From: a virus
IMG/VR virus record: IMGVR_UViG_3300045988_177761
Location: 1 to 34,830 of that record
Direction: 5' to 3' (one strand)
Length of the DNA stretch: 34,830 nucleotides
Shown here piece by piece: positions 15,099-26,643 of this stretch; the stretch's first letter is position 1, and each line of letters opens with the position of its first letter. The position numbers and the translations under genes were made by a program. Below the pieces are notes generated by a model that made no database searches, was not told the origin of the DNA, and was given only the letters and a program-made list of their open reading frames with translations.

Positions 15099-15452
15099 TT
15101 ATCTACCTCCAAAAAATTTTATTAATTCTAAGACGAATGCGAATACTGCCCCTGCTGACGCACCAATTCCAAGAATCATTTTCCACATATTCGTTTTGTC
15201 GAGCATTTTTAGTTCATACTTGCGTTCATCAGACTTTTCATTTCTTTGCAATACTGCACGAAGGATTTCCGCATTTTGTTCGCTTTGCCGTGTGTTTTGC
15301 TCACGTAAGAAACGGTTTGATTCATCAACTCGTGCTAGACCTTCATTCATCGATTTTTGCATTTCCAGTGTAACGTCATTAAGACGCCCCAACTCTTTGT
15401 CATGCTGTTTTAACCGCTCCTCATGTGCTTGGACCTGCTTTTCTATTTCCAC
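15099..15452 (-). CDS. XhlA-like hemolysin/lysis-associated membrane protein (coiled-coil N-terminus plus C-terminal TM). GTG start.
   Basis: Charged coiled-coil followed by MWKMILGIGASAGAVFAFVLELIKFF. Sits next to the holin, as in Bacillus/Enterococcus lysis cassettes. Confidence 0.55.
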   Translation of the reverse strand: MEIEKQVQAHEERLKQHDKELGRLNDVTLEMQKSMNEGLARVDESNRFLREQNTRQSEQNAEILRAVLQRNEKSDERKYELKMLDKTNMWKMILGIGASAGAVFAFVLELIKFFGGR

Positions 15453-15522
15453 CTATGCCACCTACTTCCCTGAAATAAAAAGCAACCGACTATTAAGCCG
15501 ATTGCTCCTGCTGCTAAATATC

Positions 15523-15666
15523 CTATTCTTTGGTTCCTTCTGGCTTTTTTGCTTCGTCAACAATTTTTGCAACATCTTCTCGTAAAATATCTGGCACACT
15601 TTCGATTGTGCGTTTTCCTTCAATTACGTGTGTTGCATATAACATTTTCAACGCTGAAAATTCCAT
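15523..15666 (-). CDS. Small hypothetical protein (47 aa).
   Basis: AAAGGAGGAG lies 6 nt before the ATG. Followed by a hairpin plus T-run on the minus strand (15465..15500). Below the ORF-track cutoff. Confidence 0.4.
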   Translation of the reverse strand: MEFSALKMLYATHVIEGKRTIESVPDILREDVAKIVDEAKKPEGTKE

Positions 15667-15680
15667 TTGTCACTCCTCCT

Positions 15681-15986
15681 TTACTTTGAGAAAACATAAT
15701 CTGATATTTCCATAAAAGCAGTTTGGACCATCTCAGATTCCTCTTGCATAGATTTTACTGTCTGTTTCAACTCTTCATTTTCTTGTTTCAATAAATCTAA
15801 CTCTGACGGTTGGCTCTCGGAATTTTCATCTACAATAGACTGAATAAATTCGCTCATTTTTTCTGGATCATCATCGAATTCTTCTAAAACAATAGAAAAG
15901 AGCTCATCCATTTCCTCTGTGGTTGAACTCTTTTCTTTAATAACATGCTTGATATACAATTCTTTATATTTTTCTTTAGCTGTCAT
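15681..15986 (-). CDS. Hypothetical acidic protein (101 aa).
   Basis: GGAGG RBS. Lies between Tal and the lysis genes. Confidence 0.45.
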   Translation of the reverse strand: MTAKEKYKELYIKHVIKEKSSTTEEMDELFSIVLEEFDDDPEKMSEFIQSIVDENSESQPSELDLLKQENEELKQTVKSMQEESEMVQTAFMEISDYVFSK

Positions 15987-15996
15987 CGTCTGCCTC

Positions 15997-18900
15997 CTAC
16001 ACGTCTGCCGCTGAAAAGACTCCAGCTATATTGAAAATATCATTTGCATTATTTGTTAAATATCCGAAGCTACTTCCCGTCCAGCCTAATCGATAGCTAA
16101 TTGATATTTCACCATTCGTATCGATAGTGACCATGAATATTGTCGTTCCAGCTCCTTTACCTAAATACTTTACTTGCATTTGAGGTCTAAATCCTACCGG
16201 AAGTACACCTACAACATAAGCATCGTTTGTATTTGGTAGTGTACTATTATTTTTAAAGGCTCCACTCACTTGGACCATACGTCCTAATCTGGTTGCGCTA
16301 GGAAAATTGCCGCTCGATGGACTTGTTGAATATTGGGACCAACCGCTTGCTGCAGGAATTCCTGTTTTTCCTATATTATATAGATCCTGAAAAGTTAGAT
16401 TACCACCCAGCCCTCGGCTATCGGTCATTGTAAATCTGTAAGGATTTATAGAAAGATACCTATCTGCTTTCGTTTTTTGCGACCCGTTAAATACGACAAA
16501 TTGAAGATCTTCATGGCTGAATTGTGAGAAACCATTATTTTGAATTTCCCCAGTGCTTTTTACATACGTTTGGAAGTCATTTCGGAAGTACCCGCCTGAC
16601 ATAGAAAGCCGGCCTTTTCGCCAAACCGTACTTCCTTCAGCTATTTGATAATCGTAATCAGAATACAATCCATCTCCTTGGATTTCTACTCCGTTTATTA
16701 TTCCAGCAGTGATTTTGCCTAAATCAGCACTCAATGCATCCAGAGATTCAACTGCTAATGTTGCACTAGCGTACTTCTTTTTTTGCCAACCACTCTTGTA
16801 TGTGTATACCGCAATAATTTTATCACTTGTTGACGATTCAGTTTGAAACCATGTGGCTCCTTCTGTGGTATCGCTAGGCTGAGTAGGTTGCATATAGGCA
16901 ACGCCCATAATGCCACGATCGCCTTTCGGTCCTGCTGGTCCCTGTGGTCCTTGAGGTCCAGTTGGCCCTGTATCACCTTTATCTCCTTTAATCAAAGACC
17001 AGGAGTAATCAGCAGCGTTGGTGCTTTCATTAGCAGTTGTTTTGTTGTAGGCTAATCCAATGTAAGTCTTGCCTGTTGGACTATCCGACATTCCTGCGCC
17101 GGTAGCTGATGTAGCATACTTAATCCACGTATAAAGTGTTTGTCCATTATCTCCTTTGGGCCCCTGAGCTCCATCTGATCCTTTGATCAATGACCAAGTG
17201 TAGTCGGCATAGTTTGTTGACTCGGTGGCTGTTGCTTTGTTGTATGCCAATCCGATATAGGTCTTTCCAGTTGGGCTGTCAGACATTCCACTTGTTGGCG
17301 TATCTGCATACTTCAACCAAGTGTAATAAGTTTGACCGTTGTCCCCTTTTGGTCCTGGTACCCCTTGTGGACCTTGTTCCCCATCCTTCCCATCTTCGCC
17401 TGATAAACCTAACATTCGTTGCCACGTATAGTCAGCTGGATTTGTTGATTGAACATCATCAAATGTTGTATAAGTTCCTACATAAGAAGGATATGCGTTG
17501 AGAAAGTCTTCGCTAGGAGATGGCGTGTAGATTGTTGCATGACCGTTTTCTTCAAGTTTAGCTTTTCGAAACTCGACAATTGTACCAACTTCTGGTGCCT
17601 GCGCTGACGAGCTATAGGCCTGATAAGAGAAATATAAAGTAACCGCGTCGCTAGGTATATCCAGCACTTTTTCAAATCTCTTAAAGTCGCCAGATACGCC
17701 CTCAATTCTATCACCCCAACCTGTTACATTTACCCAGTTTCCTGTCGCTTTTCTATACTGCGCACGCCATACTACGTAGCCACCAGAAACTAAGTTCGCT
17801 CTAAGTTCCAGACTTAATGTGTAAGACTTGCCCGGCTTTAAGTCTGTAAGTGCTAAGTTACCTTCCGTTGTATTCATAAATCGATAATAAAATTCCGTCG
17901 TACTAGTTGCTTTCTTTTCCTGTTTCAAAATTCCGTCGTACACTGTAATAGTTTCATTTGCAACTGCTGTTATGCCTTTGACTGATGGTCCGCTAGTTGA
18001 GGTAGGGGTTTGCGTGTTAATCATTAAGTTTTCATTCGGATAAACAGTCGTAAATCTATCCTCTCCGTCCGCACTCCATGAATACGCTTGATAGATATGT
18101 GCATCTTGCCCATCTTCGCCTTTGACAAGCTGCCATTTATAGTCTTTTGGATCGTTCGATTCAGTTGCGGTCAACTTGTTTGTAGCTAGTCCAATATAAT
18201 ATTTTCCAGTGGGATCATCGGTCATATTAGTGCCTTGATAATCATCCGCATACTTTAGCCATGTGTATGTTGGCTGACCATTCTCACCAGGCGGACCAGG
18301 AACACCTTCCCCCACAAATTTTACCCAGAGCCCCCGATAATCTGCCGGATCATCACTGGCTGTTGGGACACCTAGCACTTGCTTAATCGCAATATAGGTT
18401 TTTCCGGCCGGCAAAGCACTGATTCCATTCCCTTCCTCATCATCTGCATAACGGATCCATACATAAGTAGTGGCTTGCTTTAATTGATCAGCTAACTCTT
18501 TGAGCGATTGGCTGATTCCTCCATCTTGAATCAGATAGTCTCCCAGTGTAGCCTTGTATTCATTAGTAGAATAGCATCTTGTAAGTTCAAGAACACGAGC
18601 GCTCAAGAACAGTTTTTCATTCTCGTCTACTAAATAAATCGTATCGCCTATCTTTACGTTGTCCGGTAGATTTGCAATATCAGTTTCATAATTGATCGCT
18701 GGTTGACTCGCTTTTTCAAGCTCCCGGATAACATTGTCGCAAAGTGTTTTTTGATCAGTCGTTTCGTAGGTTTTGACACGTTGGATATGTCCGGCATTAG
18801 GATTTTGATTATTATTTGATAGTAATCGACTCCAAATCTTCACTGACTCCATGTCTTGCATGACACCAGTTGTCTTGTTTAGAACAAATCGCCCATTTGG

Positions 18901-19638
18901 ATCTTTGTAGTTATACCCTTTTAAGTTAATTGGTTCATTCTTGCCTTCTGGCGTACCACCAGTTGCCACAATAGCTGTACATAGATCATAGATATTGGCT
19001 TTGGTCACAATATTATTGATATCTTTATCCATATACAAGGTAATTCGTTTATCTGCTCCTCTTTTTTTATGAACATCCACGTATCGCTTAACAACTTGTG
19101 TTCCTGTAATTTCAAATGAAAAACTCAGTTCTGCATTATCAAACTGAGTAGCTAACGAGAGTAAACGAGCGAGAATCGTCTGACTTTCACTCTCCCATTT
19201 TAACGTGCGACTGAGATTACTGATTTCATTGATACCAATTTCAAAACCAGTATCTCCGGCAAACAGTTTGAAATATTCTGCAAATGTCATCGCTTTGGTT
19301 GCACTATATGCATCCACCAACCCATTGATCAGATCCATTCCTGCATCTTCTGCTCGAATGAAATGTTCGCCCTCTTTCGGATCGTGTTCAATTTCCATGA
19401 TCGTCATAAAAATTGATTGGCCATTTTCATCTTTATACAAAATATAGTTCCCATAGTTGGCCATGGATTTGACTTGATCTCGTTCTTTAGCCGAAAAAAT
19501 AAGCGTCCCCTCAAACGTTCGAGAGGCAGCGCTTATACTAAGAATATCTTGATCATTAAAAATTGAAATTGGTGCATCAGAACTGGTAGAGGCGATTCCC
19601 AATAAATTAAATTTTCGATCTGTAAAGTAAAAATCCAT
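15997..19638 (-). CDS. Tail-associated lysin/tail fiber (Tal-like, 1213 aa) with collagen-like G-X-Y tracts and four tandem repeats of about 60 aa.
   Basis: The N-terminal Tal-like region directly follows Dit. It has GPTGPQGPQGPAGPKGDRG and similar G-X-Y runs, and four copies of YTWLKYAD..PTGKTYIGLA.NK.TA.ES...DY.W.L.KG. Confidence 0.75.
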   Translation of the reverse strand: MDFYFTDRKFNLLGIASTSSDAPISIFNDQDILSISAASRTFEGTLIFSAKERDQVKSMANYGNYILYKDENGQSIFMTIMEIEHDPKEGEHFIRAEDAGMDLINGLVDAYSATKAMTFAEYFKLFAGDTGFEIGINEISNLSRTLKWESESQTILARLLSLATQFDNAELSFSFEITGTQVVKRYVDVHKKRGADKRITLYMDKDINNIVTKANIYDLCTAIVATGGTPEGKNEPINLKGYNYKDPNGRFVLNKTTGVMQDMESVKIWSRLLSNNNQNPNAGHIQRVKTYETTDQKTLCDNVIRELEKASQPAINYETDIANLPDNVKIGDTIYLVDENEKLFLSARVLELTRCYSTNEYKATLGDYLIQDGGISQSLKELADQLKQATTYVWIRYADDEEGNGISALPAGKTYIAIKQVLGVPTASDDPADYRGLWVKFVGEGVPGPPGENGQPTYTWLKYADDYQGTNMTDDPTGKYYIGLATNKLTATESNDPKDYKWQLVKGEDGQDAHIYQAYSWSADGEDRFTTVYPNENLMINTQTPTSTSGPSVKGITAVANETITVYDGILKQEKKATSTTEFYYRFMNTTEGNLALTDLKPGKSYTLSLELRANLVSGGYVVWRAQYRKATGNWVNVTGWGDRIEGVSGDFKRFEKVLDIPSDAVTLYFSYQAYSSSAQAPEVGTIVEFRKAKLEENGHATIYTPSPSEDFLNAYPSYVGTYTTFDDVQSTNPADYTWQRMLGLSGEDGKDGEQGPQGVPGPKGDNGQTYYTWLKYADTPTSGMSDSPTGKTYIGLAYNKATATESTNYADYTWSLIKGSDGAQGPKGDNGQTLYTWIKYATSATGAGMSDSPTGKTYIGLAYNKTTANESTNAADYSWSLIKGDKGDTGPTGPQGPQGPAGPKGDRGIMGVAYMQPTQPSDTTEGATWFQTESSTSDKIIAVYTYKSGWQKKKYASATLAVESLDALSADLGKITAGIINGVEIQGDGLYSDYDYQIAEGSTVWRKGRLSMSGGYFRNDFQTYVKSTGEIQNNGFSQFSHEDLQFVVFNGSQKTKADRYLSINPYRFTMTDSRGLGGNLTFQDLYNIGKTGIPAASGWSQYSTSPSSGNFPSATRLGRMVQVSGAFKNNSTLPNTNDAYVVGVLPVGFRPQMQVKYLGKGAGTTIFMVTIDTNGEISISYRLGWTGSSFGYLTNNANDIFNIAGVFSAADV

Positions 19639-21698
19639 TAGATATATGCCCCCCTTAGTTCTACTTCAAAATCAAAAATATTTGCCCAACTACTAGCAAC
19701 GGGTAAGAATGTTGTTGTCCCTGGCTCCACCGCAAATCGTTCCCAGGTATTGCCCAATGCATGAAGTTTAAAGTTTTCAAATCCGTTCAAAAATACCTTG
19801 CGATTTAAAACATCAATTTCCAAAACATCCCCATCATCAAATAGATTGGGTATATTAGTAAACGTTGTTTCGTTATCCCAATAAAATTTACAATCAGTCC
19901 ATGTCATATATAGGGCATGCTCATTAGTCGGATCATCGCCCCATTTCTGAAACCAAGTGCAAAGTCCATCAATACCCACACCAGAAATTTCAGGTAAGGT
20001 TGCTGAAAAAACCTCCGCTTTTGAGGCAATAATTCCTTCACCGCTAAAAGCCTTCCACTTGGAAAATTTCCATTCCACGGTTGTATCACTCGTTCTTTGA
20101 ATCTGAATCTCCCAAAAGCGCCCAGTCCATTCTTTTCGGTCAAGTGTCAAACGCTTCTGAACTTTATCAAAACAACTAAATTCTACGATAAGCTCTTCTC
20201 TGACTCTTGAACTATCACGTATCACACAAGAAACAATACTTCCCAATGAACTATTCTGCAGAGTAAATGTCAAACGTCCGGAAGTAGTCTTAGTAGGTTC
20301 GAAGTCAAATCGACTTCTATATGTGAAGTTCCCGGTATCTAGATTGCTTGTATTTTTGGGAATGTCAGTATATAAGGTTGGTCCTGCCCAAACACCATCG
20401 TGATTCTCTGGCCAGATTGGCATCACAACATCGGCTCTCGTTGTCCAATCAACGTCCCCGCCGATTTTGTTTGGCGTATCTGGATTTCCTCCATAGTTTG
20501 GGTAATCCGGTTTTGCCTTAGGACTGTTCAACTCAAATTTACTAGCATTATTCCTCATTGGAATACTGATGACTTTATCTGTTCGTTGCCCTTCAATCAC
20601 ATCAAGCTCTTCTGCATTACCAAATTGCAGAATACCGTCGTCCGGATTGACAACACCCACAAGACCATTTTCACCGTTCATAGTTGCCCTGAGAATTGGC
20701 CAAGCTTTATATGTTCCGTGATTTGTCACAGCAACATAATCGGCCAATTGAGCGGTTGGTTCGGCAAAATCTGCGAGCTTTTCCCCTAAGTTAAACTGCG
20801 GCTTTGAATAAGAAACTGCACTTCCTAATGCTAAACAGGTGATCAGATTTAGTGCCTTGGTATTTGGATTTGAAATAGTAAAATGAATATCTAGATTTTG
20901 GAAATTGCCCAAATTTAAAGCGGCAGGTTTCGCTTCATGAGAAGCAAGAACCTTACCGCCTGCATAATCTAATTCTTGAATCACCGCAACCGCACTTTTT
21001 GATCCGTTTGTATCTCCTTGCAATGCCTTATCTATTCTTAGTGCTACACGTCCCCAAACCTTGTCTCCTTGTTTCAGCTCAGATAAATTCCGCGTTGTAC
21101 TGTTGCTATTTTGCATGATATAAAAGCCGTTGTACTTTACTTCACCTTTATCAGCAATAGTGTTTGTATCACTTAGATCAGCACCCAAGATATTATGAGC
21201 ACCGTTCGTTTCATTTAATCGAGCGGTCCATTGTTTGTAATACTTATCTTTCTTTCGAAATTCCGGATCTAAAACTTGATTCTCTGCACTATCAATCGAG
21301 ATATTAGAAAATATCCGAGGATTAACATCATAAGAAACGCCATCTGGTACAATCCAATTGATCGTACCCTTACCAGCTCTAACAATATCATCAATTTCGA
21401 CATCGCCAGTTGGGATTGCATACCAACATTTATCTGGTTCATCACTAAAAATTAATGGTTGAGGTCCTTTTTGAGCAACGATTTCTGCAAGTATGCGCCT
21501 TTTTTTGTTTACATTTCCTACTAGTGCGAATCCCATTGGAATTGTTCTTCTACCGATCGATCGATCAACATATTTTTCACCATCAGACCGACCAACTTTT
21601 TGTGTTTGATAATCAATTTCTGGCAATAATCCTCTATCGAGAGAGGTAACTATCATATATTTTGTAATATCATAGCCTGCATACGTAACTGTTACCAC
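19638..21698 (-). CDS. Distal tail protein (Dit, Sipho_tail family) with a long C-terminal extension.
   Basis: Lies between TMP and Tal. The N-terminal roughly 150 aa are typical of siphovirus Dit. 686 aa total, which suggests an evolved Dit with carbohydrate-binding insertions. Confidence 0.6.
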   Translation of the reverse strand: MVTVTYAGYDITKYMIVTSLDRGLLPEIDYQTQKVGRSDGEKYVDRSIGRRTIPMGFALVGNVNKKRRILAEIVAQKGPQPLIFSDEPDKCWYAIPTGDVEIDDIVRAGKGTINWIVPDGVSYDVNPRIFSNISIDSAENQVLDPEFRKKDKYYKQWTARLNETNGAHNILGADLSDTNTIADKGEVKYNGFYIMQNSNSTTRNLSELKQGDKVWGRVALRIDKALQGDTNGSKSAVAVIQELDYAGGKVLASHEAKPAALNLGNFQNLDIHFTISNPNTKALNLITCLALGSAVSYSKPQFNLGEKLADFAEPTAQLADYVAVTNHGTYKAWPILRATMNGENGLVGVVNPDDGILQFGNAEELDVIEGQRTDKVISIPMRNNASKFELNSPKAKPDYPNYGGNPDTPNKIGGDVDWTTRADVVMPIWPENHDGVWAGPTLYTDIPKNTSNLDTGNFTYRSRFDFEPTKTTSGRLTFTLQNSSLGSIVSCVIRDSSRVREELIVEFSCFDKVQKRLTLDRKEWTGRFWEIQIQRTSDTTVEWKFSKWKAFSGEGIIASKAEVFSATLPEISGVGIDGLCTWFQKWGDDPTNEHALYMTWTDCKFYWDNETTFTNIPNLFDDGDVLEIDVLNRKVFLNGFENFKLHALGNTWERFAVEPGTTTFLPVASSWANIFDFEVELRGAYI

Positions 21699-24103
21699 GC
21701 AATCCCCTCCTGATTTCTCTTTTGCCTACGTTGCATCTTCTGAATCTCTTCCCAAGTGAATTTAGCTGTAGCTTTCCCCATTTTTCTGCCTTCTATTTCA
21801 ACTGTCACAGGTATTTCAAACACGCTTCCATCTGCAGAAGAACTTACTGCTAATTCAGGTGTATATGTCTTACTGGCTAATTGACTTGCCGCTATTGAAC
21901 TATTTATTCTGCTTGCTTCAAGAACCATCTGGCCTGATGGACTAAACTCATTACTGATTCTTTCAGCCATTCCTGAAACACTTTTTTGTACGTTTTTAAA
22001 ACTTTCTTTTAAGCTATCATTAAATCCGCCCATAATTGCTTTCCCTGCTGGTATCAACAATTTCTTGTCATAGCTGATTGGCCCTTTATGTTCCTTTATC
22101 CAGTCAGCAATACCACCAACAAAATTTTTAACGCCTTCCCATGCTGACTTTAGTCCACCGAGAAACCCATTCATGATTGCTCGTCCAGCTCCACTTAAAC
22201 TTATATTTTTCAAACTGTTAAATACATTTTTTACACCATTTACAACATTTTTAATACTGCCAGCAACACTTGAAACTACACTCTTCATGCCATTCCAAGC
22301 TCCAGAAATACCTGAACGAAGAGAATTACCTGCACTTGAAAGCCCGCTGAAAACGGATCGGATTCTGCTTATAACGCTACCAATGACATTTCCTACAGTT
22401 GAAATGACTGATTTAATTCCATTCCATGCAGCACTAATTATACTTTTCAAAACGTTCCCGGAAGCCCCTGCACTTGTAAAGAAAGATTTTACTGAAGTAA
22501 TAACAGAACCTATACTTTTTCCAACGGTGGAGATAATCGCCTTTATATTATTCCAAGAACCAGTCAAAATTGACTTGAGGGATGTTCCTGCACCACCAAG
22601 ATTTGCAAAGTAGCCAATAACTGTTCCAACCCATTCTGCAACTTGAGTTAACGCTGGCACACATGCCTTAAAAGCATCTACTAAAAATGAGATTACTGGT
22701 GTCAAAAATCCTATAGCAGTAGTTATTGTATCAAATGTAGCAGATACTCCAATCAGGATTCCTTTAAATACACCTCCGAGAAAGGCCCCAACCACTTGTA
22801 AAACTGGCATTAATGCATCCGAAAGAACTGCTATCAACGGTTGAGCTGCATTCCACATTTTCACAAAAGAATTGACGACCATATCGATTGCAGGACTGAC
22901 AATGCTCAACATTGTACTGAACGCATTTGTAATTGCTGGGATAATTGCAGAAATTAAAGCCTGTAATCCACTAAAATCAAGTTTAGTAAATGCCGTAGCA
23001 ATTGTACTAATAATCGGAGTTATTAATGACACAACAGTTTGAAACAACTGGGGTAGCTGACTAAAAGCTGTTCTAAATGCTTTGATTATAGGGTCAATTG
23101 CGTTTCGAACATTTCCCAACAACTTTGACAAACCTCCATCGATCCCAATTCCTAATTGTGATAACAATGCTTCTCCACCTTCGAGAAACCTTGGACCAGC
23201 TTCTTGAAACAAGGTAGAAAACACTACTGGCAGACCCTTCAAAATATTTCCGACCATTGGAATGAAGTTATCGAATAAAAACGTTGAGGTGGTTTGTGCT
23301 AATGCTTGAAGAGAAGGTATAATATCTTCCCCTAAACTGAGCTTACCTAATACATTAGAAAAAGCCGCCCTCATTGCCGCAAATGAACCACTAAATGTTT
23401 CAGATGCTTCTTTAGCTGTTGTTCCAGTAATACCTAGTTCTTCTTGAACTGCATGAATCGCACTATAAACATCACTCAAATTGTTGATATCATATTTAAC
23501 ACCTGTTAGCTTAGTGGCATCAGCAAGAAGTCGTTCCATCTCCGTTTTTGTTCCGCCATATCCGAGTTTCAAGTTATCCAACATAGTATAGTTTTGTTTG
23601 GCAAAACCTTGGTAGGCATTCTGAATATCGCCCATATTTGTACCCATTTTATTAGCATTGTCGGACATATCAACCATTGCCATATTTGCTTTTTCAGCTG
23701 CCTTTTCAGTATCACCACCCATAGATTGCAATAAACTTGCACTGAAACTTGTGACATTTTCCATATAATCATTTGCTGATAATCCAGCAGTTTTATATGC
23801 CTCATTGGCGTACTGCTTGACTTTATCTGCACTGCCCTTGAAAAGAGTCTCAATTCCTCCTAGCGATTGTTGCAAAGCGGCACCCTCTGACAAAGAAGCA
23901 GAAATACCTTTAGTTATAAGTTCGCCAATTTTAGCCGCTGCAATAATTCCCCCGATCGTCGCAACTAGCTTACCGCCAATTAAATTTCCAGCACTTTTCC
24001 CTGCTGCATCAGCTTCGCCAGACAATTGTTTTGTTATGGATCCGCTGATTCCCTTGGCAGAAGGCATGATTTGTACAAAAGCTTGTCCTAATTCTATCGC
24101 CAT
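21692..24103 (-). CDS. Tape measure protein.
   Basis: 803 aa. Repeated S..AWNG.KS..S.VG motifs and Ala/Gly/Ser-rich helical repeats. Sits downstream of the G/GT chaperones. Confidence 0.9.
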   Translation of the reverse strand: MAIELGQAFVQIMPSAKGISGSITKQLSGEADAAGKSAGNLIGGKLVATIGGIIAAAKIGELITKGISASLSEGAALQQSLGGIETLFKGSADKVKQYANEAYKTAGLSANDYMENVTSFSASLLQSMGGDTEKAAEKANMAMVDMSDNANKMGTNMGDIQNAYQGFAKQNYTMLDNLKLGYGGTKTEMERLLADATKLTGVKYDINNLSDVYSAIHAVQEELGITGTTAKEASETFSGSFAAMRAAFSNVLGKLSLGEDIIPSLQALAQTTSTFLFDNFIPMVGNILKGLPVVFSTLFQEAGPRFLEGGEALLSQLGIGIDGGLSKLLGNVRNAIDPIIKAFRTAFSQLPQLFQTVVSLITPIISTIATAFTKLDFSGLQALISAIIPAITNAFSTMLSIVSPAIDMVVNSFVKMWNAAQPLIAVLSDALMPVLQVVGAFLGGVFKGILIGVSATFDTITTAIGFLTPVISFLVDAFKACVPALTQVAEWVGTVIGYFANLGGAGTSLKSILTGSWNNIKAIISTVGKSIGSVITSVKSFFTSAGASGNVLKSIISAAWNGIKSVISTVGNVIGSVISRIRSVFSGLSSAGNSLRSGISGAWNGMKSVVSSVAGSIKNVVNGVKNVFNSLKNISLSGAGRAIMNGFLGGLKSAWEGVKNFVGGIADWIKEHKGPISYDKKLLIPAGKAIMGGFNDSLKESFKNVQKSVSGMAERISNEFSPSGQMVLEASRINSSIAASQLASKTYTPELAVSSSADGSVFEIPVTVEIEGRKMGKATAKFTWEEIQKMQRRQKRNQEGIAW

Positions 24104-24520
24104 TATTCTTCACCCCCATTCGTTGAATCTCCAATCAGTTGTTTTCTCATACGAGTAAAATCCTCACCAGAATCAAATATGATTTCTTCTTTCTCACGCG
24201 GATTATTTTCGGATAATTTATGTAATATTGACTCAGGCCGATTTACATTTTTTTGTCCATCTTTAGTTTTCGTCCAAAGCAAAAGCCTTAAATTATCACT
24301 AATCCCTGCCAAAAGTAGAGTGTCTAGAGGTATTTTTTGTCCACTTAGCTTCATTTTTATTCTGGACGTTTCTCTCAAACCGCAAGAAAAAACAGCTACC
24401 ATAGAAGCTGGCAGCTGTTTATAATCATAAATTTGATAAGTTTCAGCCAAATCACAAACTAGTGCATCTTCATCTACACTAATCATTCCGGCGAGGATTA
24501 AGAGTTTTTTGTTTGTGCTT
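24103..24520 (-). CDS. Tail assembly chaperone GT extension (T part), expressed by -1 programmed frameshift from the G ORF.
   Basis: The slippery heptamer A AAA AAC (complement of 24514..24520) lies 2 codons before the G stop. The -1 frame is open from there through ORF 24103..24486 (reads [15 protein letters not shown]...). Confidence 0.55.
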
Positions 24521-24761
24521 GGTTTTGAAAAATATCCCCCAATTCTTCTATCATCTTTTCAGCTGGAACAATACCATCTTCATCACGTACATGCTCTTTT
24601 AATGCATTGGCTTGCTCTTGTCCAAGCAAAAGTTTTAAGGCTTTGGGAATAAGTGTAGGATTTTCGCCAACTTCGTTAATTACTTCTAAAAGTTCATAAT
24701 TATCTAATCGTTTTTTTTCGATAGAATACTTAAACCCTGAATTTGTTTCCCCTTTAATCAT
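24498..24761 (-). CDS. Tail assembly chaperone (G-like).
   Basis: Sits between the major tail protein and TMP. Ends at a slippery AAAAAAC heptamer. Confidence 0.6.
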   Translation of the reverse strand: MIKGETNSGFKYSIEKKRLDNYELLEVINEVGENPTLIPKALKLLLGQEQANALKEHVRDEDGIVPAEKMIEELGDIFQNQAQTKNS

Positions 24762-25339
24762 TGACCTGAACCTCCTGTACTAGCTGCTGGTTTCTGAATG
24801 TATTCGAAGTGAGTATTTCCCTCATCATCAGACGGAATAGCAGTAATAGTTGTTTCATAACCTACTGCATCTGCGTCTGTATAAGTAATTTCACCGATTT
24901 CTGATACTTTTGCGGTCGGAATAACGATTCTTTTCAAGTTGCCGCCTTTTAGGATCATATCAACAACAATCGCATGTTCTTCTAATTCTTTTGAATTAGC
25001 TTTGATCGTAATTCCAGTATCTAAAGTACCGGACACATTTGTTGATCCATAGACTTCTTTAAGTACCTCAACGTTTGTTGCTTCAATCAACGTATACGTA
25101 AAAGTGTCTTCTTTTTCGGTTTGTACCGAAGCAACAGTATCCCCTCCCCAAGCTTTAATATTTTCATTTGATGGAGTATTTGAGTTAGTCATACCGTCTT
25201 CTGAAATGTAACCCAAAGGTTTAAAAGCAGCATTCAATTCTTCTTTAGCATTCTTGGGTACTGTTGTTCCCAATGGTGCCGAATAAATAGCTCCACCTAC
25301 CTTGGGTTTAGCTGTTGATACATTTTTTGCATCTGACAT
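24758..25339 (-). CDS. Major tail protein.
   Basis: 193 aa. Sits upstream of the G/GT chaperones. Composition is typical of siphovirus major tail proteins. Confidence 0.65.
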   Translation of the reverse strand: MSDAKNVSTAKPKVGGAIYSAPLGTTVPKNAKEELNAAFKPLGYISEDGMTNSNTPSNENIKAWGGDTVASVQTEKEDTFTYTLIEATNVEVLKEVYGSTNVSGTLDTGITIKANSKELEEHAIVVDMILKGGNLKRIVIPTAKVSEIGEITYTDADAVGYETTITAIPSDDEGNTHFEYIQKPAASTGGSGQ

Positions 25340-25350
25340 TTTATTACCTC

Positions 25351-25686
25351 CTAATAATGAGTGATATCAAAAACAGCTTGATATCGGTATTCTTTCGTAG
25401 TTGTATCCGTATAGTTATAATCACTGTTCAACTTGATTCTGCTAATTTCATCAAGTGTAATCAATTCTTTTAAAACTGCCTTTAATTCAGCATTCAACAC
25501 AGCTGCTTCATATAATGTTGGTGCATAGCTTTGAAATGCATACGTTGAAGAAGAAATATGATTACTTTCACCACTACCAGTCTTTTCAAATAGAACATAG
25601 CTTTCTGGCATCTTCCCTTGTTTTTCTAAAAAAGATGGCACAGACAAATGACTATCAAGAAAATTCTTGATCACAATTTCAATCAT
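25351..25686 (-). CDS. Tail terminator/tail completion-like protein (111 aa).
   Basis: Sits immediately upstream of the major tail protein. Confidence 0.45.
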   Translation of the reverse strand: MIEIVIKNFLDSHLSVPSFLEKQGKMPESYVLFEKTGSGESNHISSSTYAFQSYAPTLYEAAVLNAELKAVLKELITLDEISRIKLNSDYNYTDTTTKEYRYQAVFDITHY

Positions 25687-25923
25687 TTATCGCACCGCCT
25701 TTAAGAGGGTATTATTTTTCATATTGTCTTTTTTTGCTTGGTATGTATCCGCATATACCATCGCATTCGCTCTCGTTTTACCTACATAAATATCTTGTTT
25801 GTAACCTTCGCCAGCTCTATTTCTCACACCAGTTGCTTTCTCTTCTAATACACCTTGCATCTGATTGGACTTCATTAGAGCTGCTACTCCACTCCGGTTC
25901 AACTTGAATTTCATCTTAGCCAT
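25687..25923 (-). CDS. Head-tail joining (HK97 gp10-like) small protein (78 aa).
   Basis: Position and size in the head-tail connector cluster. Confidence 0.45.
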   Translation of the reverse strand: MAKMKFKLNRSGVAALMKSNQMQGVLEEKATGVRNRAGEGYKQDIYVGKTRANAMVYADTYQAKKDNMKNNTLLKAVR

Positions 25924-26254
25924 AACGTTCCACCATTACTTTCTTATTCCAATCAAGTGGGATTAAGTCTTCGATACCCTCTGTAGGAAAGCCAAAGGTT
26001 TTCCATCGTTTACCAAAGAATTTTACTTCTTTGTCTTCCCAATCATTAGTATCTCCTTTCGGGATTGCTAACGTATATACAGCTTTTTTTCCAGTTAAAG
26101 TAAGTTGGTTGACAATATCATCAGTGGAAGTAGGAGTAACTAAGACATTTTCAACATCAATATCTGCTTCTTCGTAGATTGGATTCCCGAATGGATCAGT
26201 TCCCGTCTTTGTCAAATCCACCAATTGAATTGTTATTCCTTTCAAAATTGCCAT
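25916..26254 (-). CDS. Head closure/head-tail adaptor protein (about 112 aa from the MAILKG Met).
   Basis: Connector-cluster position. Overlaps the upstream gene by about 59 nt. The track start is a TTG. Confidence 0.45.
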   Translation of the reverse strand: MAILKGITIQLVDLTKTGTDPFGNPIYEEADIDVENVLVTPTSTDDIVNQLTLTGKKAVYTLAIPKGDTNDWEDKEVKFFGKRWKTFGFPTEGIEDLIPLDWNKKVMVERYG

Positions 26255-26639
26255 AAGGTTCAATCACTCCCATCTGTTGCCGTCTTAAACCAAGGCGGCT
26301 CAATTCGCTGTTTTTAATAAATAAACCGCCACCCGGCACAAGGTACGATCCAGAAACAGAATAACCCAGTGCTCCTTCTGCATACTGGGTCATAGGCTCC
26401 TGATCAGTTGATGTCATTAATGTTCTAGCTACAACATCAACAGTTACTGATTTGACAACATTCAAAAAGTAATCTGGTTTCATACTAATCATATTGTCCA
26501 AATCTTTACCTACCTTATCAGCTTCCATTCGTAAGGAATCAGAAACGACATCAAGTAATTCAGCAGCACGTGTAATTTCTTCTGGCTTAAGGGCACGCCA
26601 TAGGTTTGACAAATCATCAATAGTTGCAAAGGCTGCCAT
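26196..26639 (-). CDS. Head-tail connector protein (gp6-like).
   Basis: N-terminus ATIDDLSNLWRALKPEEITRAAELLDVVSDSLR is typical of the gp6-like connector family. Lies downstream of the major capsid gene. Confidence 0.6.
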   Translation of the reverse strand: MAAFATIDDLSNLWRALKPEEITRAAELLDVVSDSLRMEADKVGKDLDNMISMKPDYFLNVVKSVTVDVVARTLMTSTDQEPMTQYAEGALGYSVSGSYLVPGGGLFIKNSELSRLGLRRQQMGVIEPYGNFERNNNSIGGFDKDGN

Positions 26640-26643
26640 GAAA

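Noticed and set aside
14939-15585. Plus-strand ORFs (144 aa, 129 aa) opposite the holin and XhlA genes.
   Set aside because: Antisense to well-supported lysis genes. Ser/Cys/Phe-rich non-protein-like composition.
16755-17714. Several 70-100-aa ORFs on both strands inside the Tal gene.
   Set aside because: Nested in a 1213-aa gene with continuous, repeat-structured coding signal.
22173-22613. 146-aa plus-strand ORF inside the TMP gene, and 94/117-aa ORFs at 23569..24158.
   Set aside because: Antisense or alternative frames of the tape-measure gene. Pro/Leu-rich artefacts of the Ala/Ser-rich opposite strand.
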